NCBI RefSeq assembly: GCF_964204645.1
Contig: NC_134030.1
Coordinates: 19,676,210 to 19,740,209 of the forward strand
Origin: Tubulanus polymorphus
Lineage: Eukaryota > Animalia > Nemertea
DNA length: 64,000 nt
Reading direction: 5' to 3'
Shown here: positions 37,795 through 48,679 of the stretch, in pieces
Layout of the letters: the number at the start of each line of letters is the position of its first letter
How positions within the stretch are numbered: the first letter of the stretch is position 1
Made by a program: the position numbers and the translations under genes
Notes under the pieces: generated by a model
Told to the model about the DNA's origin: nothing
The model's database searches: none
Seen by the model: only the letters and a program-made list of their open reading frames with translations

Positions 37795-38278
37795 AGGTCA
37801 ATTCTAGTATGTCAAAATGTTAGCTCCCTTTTCTTTTTTTATAGGTGGTACCTAGGATACTGGGTCAAATCTTTGATTTTGGACCCCCAGCTAGTATCGT
37901 GACGACGAGCCCCTGTGTTATTTACAAAAAAGTGAAACCGTTTACTTACTGATAAATAAATAAAGATATATAACGCTTGCTGCTGCTGCTGCTGTTACGG
38001 TCGGTAATTACTCCAAACTGACCGATAAATCGTTCCAAAAGTTGGATGGTAATTTTATTTGACGACACGAAAAAATCGAGTTGGTTCGTAAACAAACGGT
38101 GCATCGGGGACCGAGCGCGTTAACGAGCACAAAGCGCAATGTGGACATTAGACGCCGCGTCGCAGCAGTGACGAAACTGTTTATAAAGAATTCCTGAAAC
38201 GATGCATTGAATTTGAAAATCAAGTGATGCATAGGATATTGAAAATCAAGTGACGCATTGGCTGGTACATCATTGGTT

Positions 38279-38477
38279 AAAAGTGCAGATCCGCACCTCT
38301 CCGTGTAAACGGTTCAATCAATTACATTAAATATCATTGTTTCAGATTCAAAATGTCATCAGCAATTCACAGTACATTGCCATTGGTTAATTTTGAATCT
38401 TCATTAGACAGATTTTAGCCTGGATTCTGTCATTCAATAGATTGCGTCAATCACGAGAGGTGCGGATCTGCACTTTT
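38279..38477. mobile_element. MITE with 23-bp TIRs; an inverted degenerate copy lies at about 37265-37456
   Basis: AAAAGTGCAGATCCGCACCTCTC...GAGAGGTGCGGATCTGCACTTTT; the body is the reverse complement of 37270-37445. Confidence 0.7.
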
Positions 38478-40047
38478 ACCCATCAATGTTTTTTGTTTTA
38501 TCATCTTTCGGTCTAACTGCAGTTTGGGTCACCTATCCACGCGGTGGCGCTAGTGTTATTAAAGAATAGTGTTATGGTAAGGTTAGGTACGTAACCATTA
38601 GGGACACCTAAACTGCAGTCATACCCATCTTTCTATTGAGATTAACGATTAAGGATAAAGATAACATTGATGGTGTCTGGTTGCCTCTTAGAATCATCCT
38701 CCGCCGGTAGGGATTCGAACCTGATGGCATCGAGATTACCACGGTACGGCGATTTTTTTCCACAAGAGAGTTTCCGCCATTTTGTTTGCGGCGCGCATGC
38801 TCGTTGCTGAATTTGTAAATAAATGCACGTGGAATCACTGAAGTGAATGCATGATCGAGGATTCCACTTGTGTTGGCAAGCTCGACTCGGCGGTAGACGT
38901 GGGTGGCGGTAAATGGGAGGGTGGTATATCGGTGTTTGACTGTACACTAATTTTAGGCAATATAAGAAGGACATTAAATTTGAAAACTCTATGAATCGGT
39001 TAAATGACCACTTAGTGACCAGTTTATTCCAGTTTAGAATTGGGTCATATCTTATAAATTGTAAATAAATTGTCAAATCTCCATCTACCCAGAACCGATA
39101 GATTATGCCCCACCTGTAACGTTTTAGGCAACGAGTGCTTTGCCGCAGTTTACGCGCACTTTCTCTCGCCAAATTAGTTTCACTTCACTATTGAAAACTC
39201 ACTTATTCAATGAGCACTACATAAATGATTTTACCTGGAACTGTTTAAAATAGATTATTTACATGTATTTTTTTTTATTGTGTTATCCGCCAACTGTCTT
39301 ATGTTTTATGCTATCATCTTATTTTCCAATTGTTTTATCAACTTAAATTTCTAAAATCAGTTCAGATATCCTATGTTACGGACTGTGAATAGATATTATC
39401 GCTTGTATTATTATTCTTTCATATAATTATTGACGTAATATAAATGTGAGCGACTGCGTATGGTTTGCCATTCCAGTTCTCGGAACTTCAACTTCGACCA
39501 TCGTCACCTGCTAAGTGCGCCGGGAATTTGTAGCATCGGTTGTACCAACTCATTTAGTGGATAAACATTGATCCGTGTTATCTTGAAAGGAAGTGCGCAA
39601 GAGATGGAGCATTTGAACTATGGTATACTTGAATCGAACTTTGGTCACCCTGCTTGTATTCGCAGTATCACTCCGACTGTGTTTAAACCCGTAGCATCTC
39701 TGGCCGTTTATCCACCATTTGTCAGCTCGTAAAATGAGCGGATTCGAACCCGGGCCACCCTTTTAGATACGTGGTTGCAATGAATGGCACACACACTCTG
39801 ACCGTTTAGCCTCCATTTGTCATCGGAGCAAGTCTGAAAATGGGTGGATTCGAACCCGGGGCACCTATCTAAATGCGTGCTTGCAATGACGAACAACACA
39901 CCACCGCGTTTTTGACAGAAAAAGCCAAGAGAAAAAACACAGAGCATATATGTGTTTTGCATTGAATCATACAGGTTGACTGTTTCTATTCAACTCATTG
40001 AATGTCAAAAATATGACGTGTTTATCAGCGCGTGCGGCTCTTATACG

Positions 40048-40517
40048 TTAATGGCAACATGCTCCTTGCCAATGCCAACAACAATTGGACTTAGAAGAGT
40101 TACCTTTCCAGTAATATACACCCTTTGTTTTACCGCACCAACAAGCGGTTCCTCTCTTCACCTTTCGCACACCTGTAAATAAGCTCGCAATAATTACAAT
40201 CAGCCGGACCCGAAACAAGCAGGTTCGAATCCCGTCAGTTTCGGCCTTATAGACTTCATCCATGTGACCGAAATTCAGCTCATCATCGTGTCGTCCGTAT
40301 GCGGACAAAAATGTGGAATGAGTGAATAAGATCTGTCCTAGTATTTCTACGCCAATTTACGTTTCATAGAATGAACGTAAGTTTATGTTTGCCGAGTTAG
40401 GAATCCTTATTTAAAACAATTGAATCGATTTAATTATCAAAGCCTACCATCAGTTGCCGCGACAGCTCCGATGACCATAAACAAGGCCAACGCGATGAAA
40501 AGAGTTTTAGTAAACAT
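40048..40517 (-). CDS. Cysteine-rich secreted peptide gene C (APETx/BDS-like toxin or defensin precursor, 64 aa)
   Basis: Exon 40517-40448 MFTKTLFIALALFMVIGAVAATD (donor GTAGGC, phase 1) + exon 40172-40048 GVRKVKR-GTACWCGKTKGVYYWKGNSSKSNCCWHWQGACCH* (acceptor TTTACAG); dibasic KR cleavage site. Confidence 0.87.
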
Positions 40518-40637
40518 TCTGAAATAAATGATTCAATCAGATTAACTGAAATAACAAGTTTATAACATCTACGGAGTAACATCTACATGTAATTATGCAA
40601 TGTAATATTTGAGCTTGTCGTCTATAGCTTCACTTAC

Positions 40638-40724
40638 CTCGTTACCAGTGAGGATACACTCGAACAGAGTTCTTCGTTTGACGTGTGTTGACACGATATT
40701 ACACAAAATCGTTCTTGTTTTATA
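40638..40724 (-). promoter_or_regulatory. TATA box and non-coding exon 1 of peptide gene C
   Basis: TATAAAA at 40718-40724 (minus strand); donor GAG|GTAAGT at 40638. Confidence 0.65.
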
Positions 40725-40997
40725 GTAGTCATTTTGGGAGCACATGTTAGTGGCTTTTGAAAATAAATGTAAATTAAATTTTCGATCCCGGTTTATTAAG
40801 CGGCTTTTTGAATATTATCTGAATAAAATATCAAATATATTATTGATATTTAATGTAAAAATTCAATGCACTAATAACTTCTGTTAGGATGTGTCACGTG
40901 TCACACCTTGGCCACGTTGGGATGGGTCATGTGGATTTCTTACAAAAAGGACTTGAATATCTATTTTGAGGTAGTGGTATCTATCGTAGACCTCAAG

Positions 40998-41434
40998 CAG
41001 GGTTTCCAGTGGTAAGGCCAGGATAAAGAGAAGTACTAAAAAGGACCATACAATTTTAGACCCAAGGAAGAGGGAATTTTTTACTCGGAAAGAAGTACTT
41101 TCCAGTAAAATGAGGGGGCCTCAAGAGCGCTTTCGCAATGCCTATGCCGGAATACCGGGCGGAATACTAGTCGTATAGACCAGTCATACATTTCAGGGTA
41201 TAATTCTGTAACACTTTTCTTTATTGTCAATCTTATCTTACTGATAATTGAATTAAAAGATCTGAGTAATGAAATACTTCAACAGTCGAATTCGCGATTA
41301 AATTGCGCGCAAAACGTACTTAAAAATCTAATTTGGAAGGACTTAGAGTCAAAAAGAAGGACAAAGATGATGTTTGTCCAAACTTTTTCCAGAAGAATGA
41401 CAAAGAAGGACTTGGACGAACGCTGAAAACCCTG
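40998..41434. mobile_element. hAT-like MITE with 5-bp TSD TCAAG
   Basis: TCAAG|CAGGGTTTCCAG...CTGAAAACCCTG|TCAAG; sister copy at 54810-55108. Confidence 0.78.
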
Positions 41435-44400
41435 TCAAGCAAATTCGTTTTTCATCTGTTGGTTTGAAAAAGGGCCAGCCCTACGCGTACCATTTTCTAA
41501 AGAAAAAGAGACAAATATTTAGTCTTTTGAGAATTCTATTCCGCGTTGATACTGCGAACCCCTTGACCTAGCCACTCATTTTGGCGGGTCGTTAACAGCC
41601 GATCAGAATCTATTCGGGCCAATCACAGCGATTAGAACACACGCCATTAGGCTTCTGTTGAATTTCCAGTTAAACGGACCAATGAGCGAACGTTTAAGCA
41701 AACAAATACTTATTTTCGCAAGCTTACGACTTATATGTCGCCATGCACAAGTGCCGGTAACGAAATTGCGCCCTGGCATGCGAGGATGAAATCAAGGCCA
41801 ACATATAGATTTTTGATGACATAGTTAAGAAACGAATGGCCCACCTTTTACATATGATAAAAGGGTAATCAGTACCCAACTAGCTCTGAGAAACATTTTT
41901 GGACTTTCGTTTTTCGTCAACATTTTGAAATTCTCTGCTCCATTGTCAACACGTGGATATAGTTTTTTATAAATGGTGAACATTCAAAACGTTACGACGC
42001 AGACAAACTGCCAAGCATAAAGAGTATTTACATACAGACATTTAAACGTCTTTATTTTGAAGGGGAGACTGGTTTTTTTCATAACCAGTTTTTATAACCA
42101 GTTTGCTCGAAATCTGTTCATTGTTTGGTCATGAAACTTCGCATGTACACAGAGGAATATATTCTCATGGTAGATATAATAATTTTATTTGGATCCAGGG
42201 TCTAATTTTACCCGAATCCCCAAAATCCCAGTAGATTCCAGAAATCGGCGGTAGATGGTGTGTTCATATGCGCGTGAACTGTGTTATCTGTTGTGTGGTA
42301 CATTCTGGCCAGGCTTCTAGGAAGAAACATTGCCAATGTGATTTCATTAGAGAAAGACCAATCGGGATTTATTAGGCTGACATTGAACGTGTCGTGCATG
42401 ACTTTCCAACTATGGTATTTTTGCTAGTTAAAGATATATGAACCATCGATGAAACATGTACATGAATTACGAGTGAACTTAAGCTTTGCTGTATCGTGAA
42501 CTTTTGATCTCGCTAACTCATTATTTGAATGAAATGTATGTAAAATGTTGATTTATTCGATATTCAGGTTTAAGTTTATCTCGCGCAGCCAAATTTATCA
42601 CGTGAACTTTGCAGGTATTTTAGATACAGATTACATTAAATCATCGAATCAATTCATTAATCTTACAGCAGCTTCAATCCGATCCCGGACATATATCACA
42701 CTGAGTAAAATACCAAACCACGGACGACGCGTTGAATAAGGAAAATCATTGAAATATCTCCTGCCGAAATAAAAGAGGTCGTGCGTCATACGAAAAATGA
42801 TCGGAGACTGCAGATCCTCCAAAGGCAGAAAAATAACTCCAACACAGCTAGTAGATACAAACGGAAAAATAAACCCTACTTTATTGCAGGAAAAGGTTTA
42901 TACAGCAGGGCTTCCATACAGTTCTTATTACTCGTACACCTTCCAGACGCACGTGCTCGACTTTCGCAATTAAATCATTTGAACCAGATACCCCCAATAA
43001 TTGTAAGGCTCTTGAATTGTTGCGATGGCAGCTCCCCGCCTTTGGAATACTTTACCGCCGTCAGCGCGCACTCTCCATCTCTCAAAACGTATGGCGCCCC
43101 CTTTATGGTGTCCCCTGCTCCGGAAGTATAGCTGCACGGCAGAACACGTTATGTTTTTTTCTGAAGTTATATGAGCCTAGTCTAGTACCGAGCCGTTGTT
43201 CCCCAAACAACGTCTAGGGCGAAAGTGCTCATATAAGGTAAATTTTCGTCCCTCATTTTGAGGGACGAGGCTTTGAGCGTCTATTTCACCTCTTAAAACA
43301 CCATCAGCTTACCTCAAACTGACTTTTCTGTAATCAGACGGAAGTTAACTATTGTTTGTGCATAAATTTGTAATCCTAAGTAGCTTTTGACGATCGTAGT
43401 AGCTCAAAACTTTTGACTAGTCGCCTCAAAAAATAGTTGAAGTGAAGCAACATAACAAATATGGCGGCTTTTCGTGGTGCAAGAGGGGAGTGTAAATTAC
43501 GGATTCGGACTTGAACTTGGACTGACATTGAAGCCAATGCAGATATTATTCTTGTTTCAAATTCTTAAAGTTAAAATTGACCAAAATGTATGCGTTTTAT
43601 CAACAAAAAATAACATTTAGACTAAATTCAGAGAGACATATTGAATTTGCACATTTTATTAATTTAGTCCGTATTGGAAGTCCCGATTGTGGCAATCAAT
43701 TCAAATCAAATCAATAAATTCTCCGATTCGCGATTTAAATCATCAAAAACATAATTATAAAACACGTTTTCAAAGTCAACAAGGTAACTAATTAATTTAT
43801 TTTAGTACAAAGGTTTGATTTGACACTAAAATCAGTTGTTGCATTGCAATTAACAGGAGTTAACCTCTATGCGATACTTAAGCGTCAGACGTTGTAGGGA
43901 ACCGTATCAACGACTGGTATTCAGACTAATACGAGCCAGGAGATCGTATGATGTTTGTAAGTTTATTCTAGTTTATATTGGAGATTTGAAGATGTTAAAC
44001 CTTTCGGGTTTTGAAGGTCATTTTGTATTTCTTAGAAATCTCGATATTCGGAGCTTGAATTATGTAAACCGCTGCTGTAGTGTTTTGTATGTGTATCTAC
44101 CTTGTACCTTAGTGTTACGATTGGTTGGAACAACTGTACTGTTTGGAACAAATAAAAGAACGAAATCGAGCATATATCCAGAACGAAATTCGTCCTGGTT
44201 ATTATTGGTATCGTCTGTTGGATTTTCGGATTTTTGACGTTATGTTAATTCAAACATGCGACTCGTGTAAGTACTGTTATAATTTCTGAAGTTATTCGAC
44301 TAGCTGCTATGCTAGTATTATCATCGGCTGATCATGCAGTATGAATCTTGAATTTCTAAAATCAGCTGAGTTATTCTCTATGTACCGACTGTTAATGAAT

Positions 44401-45950
44401 ATATTATTACATGTATCATTATTTCTAAATGTATTTGATAGAGTGTGATTATCGTTCTCACATCCTCAATCGTTGACATAAAGAAAACAAAAAACAAACA
44501 TAGATCATGTTTTGTGTTTAATCTGGCATGTTGACTGTTTCTATTCCACTCATTGAATGTCACAAACATGTTCGTATCATTCACAGACTGGCACCCCCCC
44601 CGCCCCCTCATCTATTCAATGAGCACTACATAAATGATTTTACCTCGAACCGTTTAAAATAGATTATTTACATGTATTGTTTTTTATTGTGTTATCCGCC
44701 AACTGTCTTATGTTTAATGCTATCATCTTATTTTCCAATTGTTTTATCAATTTAAATTTCTAAAATCAGTTCAGATATCCTATGTAACGGACTGTGAATA
44801 GATATTATCGCTTGTATTATTATTCTTTCATATAATTATTGACGTAATATAAATGTGAGCGACTGCGTATGGTTTGCCATTCCAGTTCTCGGAACTTCCA
44901 CTTCGACCGTTGTCACCTGCTAAGTGCGCCTGAATCCACCTAAATCGGAAACCACATGCCCAGCAATGAGTTGAGAAGATACACATTATCCGTGTAAGAT
45001 GGATGACGAGAGAAATTATAGAGAATTATTCAGCCCAAGATGAACAATTCTTGAATAGAAGAGCATTTATTAAAAGCAACGTTTCGGCTAAAATACACTA
45101 TTGGCCATCATCAAGCGTACTGAAGCGCCATCTCGGTATGTTGGTATCATTCACAGATTCACAATTCAAAATTGAAAACTCACCTATTCAATAAGCACTA
45201 CATAAATGATTTTACCTTGAACTGTTTGAATAAGATTATTTACATGTATTGTTATTTTTTTCATTGTGTTTTATATATCAGCTCACTGTCTTATGTTTTA
45301 TGTCTATCATCTTGTTATTAGTCCAATTTTTGTATCATCGTGAATTTCTAAAATCAGTTGAGTTTATGTAACGGACTGTGCATAAATATTTATTAGATTT
45401 ATCGTTATTCCTTAATATATTAATGACGTGATATAAATGTGAGCGGTTTGCCATTCCAAACTTCCAATTCGACTATTGTCACCTGTTTGTGCGCCTGGGA
45501 TTTGTACCATCGCTTGTCCCGGCTTGTTCCAAACTTATTGGTAGATGAAAATTGATCGTGTTCACTTGTCCCATGAATTGAAGTGCGCTAGGGGTGGAGC
45601 ATTTGAACTAACTTGGTATACTTGATTTGAACTTGGGTCACCCTGCTTGTCTTCTGTTCGGCATCCGAGCTAGTCAGCAGTATCACTCCGACTGTGTTCA
45701 AACCCGTAGCATCTCTGGCCGTTTATCCACCATTTGTCAGCTCGGAAAATGAGTGGATTCGGACCCGGGGCACCAATTTGCATGAGTGCTTGCAATGACT
45801 GGCACACACAACTATCGTTGACAGAAAAGGGCAAAAAACACAGAGCATATGTTGTATTTAATCATGCAGGTTGACTGTTTCTATTCAACTCATTGAATGT
45901 CACAAATATATCGTGTTTATTCAATATCTGCACATCTCCCCAGTCTTGTA

Positions 45951-46340
45951 TTAATAACAACATGCCCCCATAGGCTTAAAACAACAATTCGGCACCTCAT
46001 ATTCACCGAGCCACCAATATACACCCTTTTTTGTACCGCACCAACACTCGATTCCTCTCTTAACCTTTCGCACACCTGTAAATGAGCTCGGTCTTATTAC
46101 AACCAGCCCGATCCGAAACAAGCAGGTTCGAATCCCGAGTATTGGCCTCGAGTAAAAAGTAACGGTTGACTTACTCTTATTTACTCTGCGACAATGAACT
46201 TAAGTTTATGTTCGCTTAGTTAGAAATGCATATTTAAAACAATTGAATCGATTAAATTATCAAAGCCTACCTTCAGTTGCCGCGACGGCCCCGATGACCA
46301 TAAACAAGGCAAACGCGATGACAAGAGTTTTAGTAAACAT
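45951..46340 (-). CDS. Cysteine-rich secreted peptide gene D (APETx/BDS-like toxin or defensin precursor, 64 aa)
   Basis: Exon 46340-46271 MFTKTLVIAFALFMVIGAVAATE + exon 46075-45951 GVRKVKR-GIECWCGTKKGVYWWLGEYEVPNCCFKPMGACCY*; AATAAA at 45916-45921. Confidence 0.87.
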
Positions 46341-46463
46341 TCTGATGAATGAAATAAATGATTCAATTAGATTTACCGAAATAACAAATAACATCTACGG
46401 AGTAACATCTACATGTAACTATGCAATGAAATATTTGAGCTTGTCGTCTATAGCTTCACTTAC

Positions 46464-46550
46464 CTCGTTACCAGTGAGGATACAGTCGAACAGAGTTCTT
46501 CGTTTGACGTGTGTTGACACGAAATTACACAAAATCGATCTCAATTTATA
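46464..46550 (-). promoter_or_regulatory. TATA box and non-coding exon 1 of peptide gene D
   Basis: TATAAAT at 46544-46550 (minus strand); donor GAG|GTAAGT at 46464. Confidence 0.62.
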
Positions 46551-46872
46551 GAAGTCATTTTGGCAGCACATGTTAGTGGCTTTTGATAATAAATGTAAAT
46601 TAAATTGCCACCTCTGGATTAGTATGGCGGCTTTTTTAATATTGTCTAATGAAATCCGTGATATTATGTTTTCATAATTATCAGCGTTTGAAATAAAAGT
46701 TCCACGCGCAATTTGGAATAACGAGTACAGTTAGGATGTGTCAAACATACCCTGTTGGGATCGGGTCGTGTGGATTTCTGAATTTTTACAAAAGGCCTTA
46801 AATATCTTTTTAGGTAGTGACATCTACCGGAGGCCTCGTGCAAATATTCGTCTGTGTTGGTTTGAAAAAGCT

Positions 46873-47058
46873 CTCCCTCTCCCTCTCCCTCTCCCTCTCC
46901 CTCTCCCTCTCCCTCTCCCTCTCCCTCTCCCTCTCCCTCTCCCTCTCCCTCTCCCTCTCCCTCTCCCTCTCCCTCTCCCTCTCCCTCTCCCTCTCCCTCT
47001 CCCTCTCCCTCTCCCTCTCCCTCTCCCTCTCCCTCTCCCTCTCCCTCTCCCTCCCTCT
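46873..47058. repeat. (CTCCCT)n microsatellite, about 31 units
   Basis: Pure polypyrimidine hexamer run; source of the poly-LP and poly-LS ORFs. Confidence 0.97.
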
Positions 47059-48387
47059 AGCTCTCGCCCTCCCTCCCTCCCTCCCTCCCTCCCCCTCTCA
47101 GATCGCAGTGTTGATTGCTTTGCTGAAACATGTTGATTTATTGATTTGCATATTCAGGTTTAACCTCGTAATCATTACATCACACTAATGATGTGCGTCA
47201 ATGATTATCAGTTTCAATCCAATTCCAGACATATTATATCACACTGGTTGAAAAATGAGATAATTAACATTCTATATTTCAGCAAAAATAAGGAGCTAAC
47301 GGTATGTCTGACACCAATATATTTCAATCCTGTAAACACCTCTTCCATTATATGACCTTATCGAACACATGTCAGATGTACACATGCGTATGTATGTAAA
47401 TGTAATGTATGAATCGTGTCTCGATTTACCTAAGGACTGACGACGACGTGTAACAATGGGGTACCCGCAGTGCTACTGTGGCAATCGAGGATTCCACGTA
47501 TGGCAGGCGAGGATCCGCCAGGTGTCGCTAGTAGATAGTTGGTCGTCCACGTTCGATTTCGTCTACATTTCAATTAAACCTAAATTAACTTTTCTCTTAA
47601 ATGAATGAATCATTTTTGGAAACTATACCGATATCCGATTAGAAGAATGAAAGTATTGTATATTGGTAGGTGCTGTGATAGTATATAGATTGAGGAGTTC
47701 AAAAATCCAGTTCAAATGTCATTGAAAATGAACTAATTTTGACAACGAACGACCTACTGCTTGTCGCGCCATCTGGTGGTATAGCTGGTTTCGCGGGTAC
47801 CCCATTGCAAGGTTTAGATGTTCTAGTCACGATCTGTTCAGTCGAAACTGGACCCAACATACCATATAACATTCGTATTTATAGATGCTTCAATCTAAAC
47901 GAAATTGAGGATGAGAAACATTTGCCCGCATTTCACTCTACTGCATTTTCGGGCTTTAACACCACAAAAACCGGTTTCCCGGTCGGGGCAATCAAGAGAA
48001 TGGGTAGGTGTAGGTAGGGATTTTTTTTTTCCTTATAAAAAACATTTTTCGGGTATTCTTCTGACTCTGGATAGGTCGCCGTAAATAATCTTTTACAGGG
48101 CCAACTTTTCCAGTTAAGCTATTGGCAATTGGCAAGGTGGTCCAGGAATTCCGTAATTTTCAATCCGAGGTCACTATATCAATGTTAGAACACAGCTGCA
48201 TCGTTTCCAGAATCAAATCCGATGTAATAAAATATTTTCATGTGAAACGATTTATCTGAACCGATTTGATACTTTGAGAACCGATACATTGAAATAAATA
48301 CATTCTATATTTCCGATAGAAATGTTGCTTACGCGACACCGGATGTTCATCCATATTGAATGGAACAGGCAACCAGTCTACTGCCTG

Positions 48388-48606
48388 AGAAATCCCAAGA
48401 TGACGTCATCGCAATCTGCCCATTTGGATCGAGTATTACCGGGCGTGCGCACTAGAGAGATTCCGAGATGACGTCATTGCAATTTGCCAATTGGGATCGA
48501 GCAACCAGATTCGCGCTGCGAGAGGGAGAGACGGTGGACGCCATTTTGTTTGAGTTGTCGCTGCTCACATGACCGTCGGATTGTTTCTACAGCTCATCAC
48601 ATGACC
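48388..48606 (+). promoter_or_regulatory. USF promoter: two full CRE sites, a YY1-like site and two TCACATGACC E-box-like sites
   Basis: TGACGTCA at 48401 and 48469 within a short direct repeat; GCCATTTT at 48540; TCACATGACC at 48565 and 48597; 75-280 nt upstream of the ATG. Confidence 0.55.
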
Positions 48607-48679
48607 GGTTTGTTTGGCCCCGTGATCAAAATTTACTGGCAACAATTCCTGGAAGCAGAGCCACGAATTTCAAACCCAC

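Larger units (their letters stand above)
39190..47250. repeat. Older local duplication carrying peptide genes C and D (about 39190-42710 vs 45170-47250), plus a gene-less third flank copy at about 44330-44930
   Basis: Shared 3' flank (CACTACATAAATGATTTTACC at about 39215, 44624, 45196), shared introns and promoter, and upstream homology at 42545-42705 vs 47130-47245. Confidence 0.8.

Noticed and set aside
40236-40300. Hammerhead-like TGATGA...GAAAC arrangement in intron 2 of gene C
   Set aside because: Core and stems cannot be assembled consistently.
40173-40308. N-terminal part of the 86-aa ORF 40048-40308
   Set aside because: Intronic read-through; the real exon begins at the TTTACAG acceptor (40172), and paralog D lacks much of this stretch.
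46738-47188. Poly-LP and poly-LS ORFs
   Set aside because: Product of the (CTCCCT)n microsatellite.
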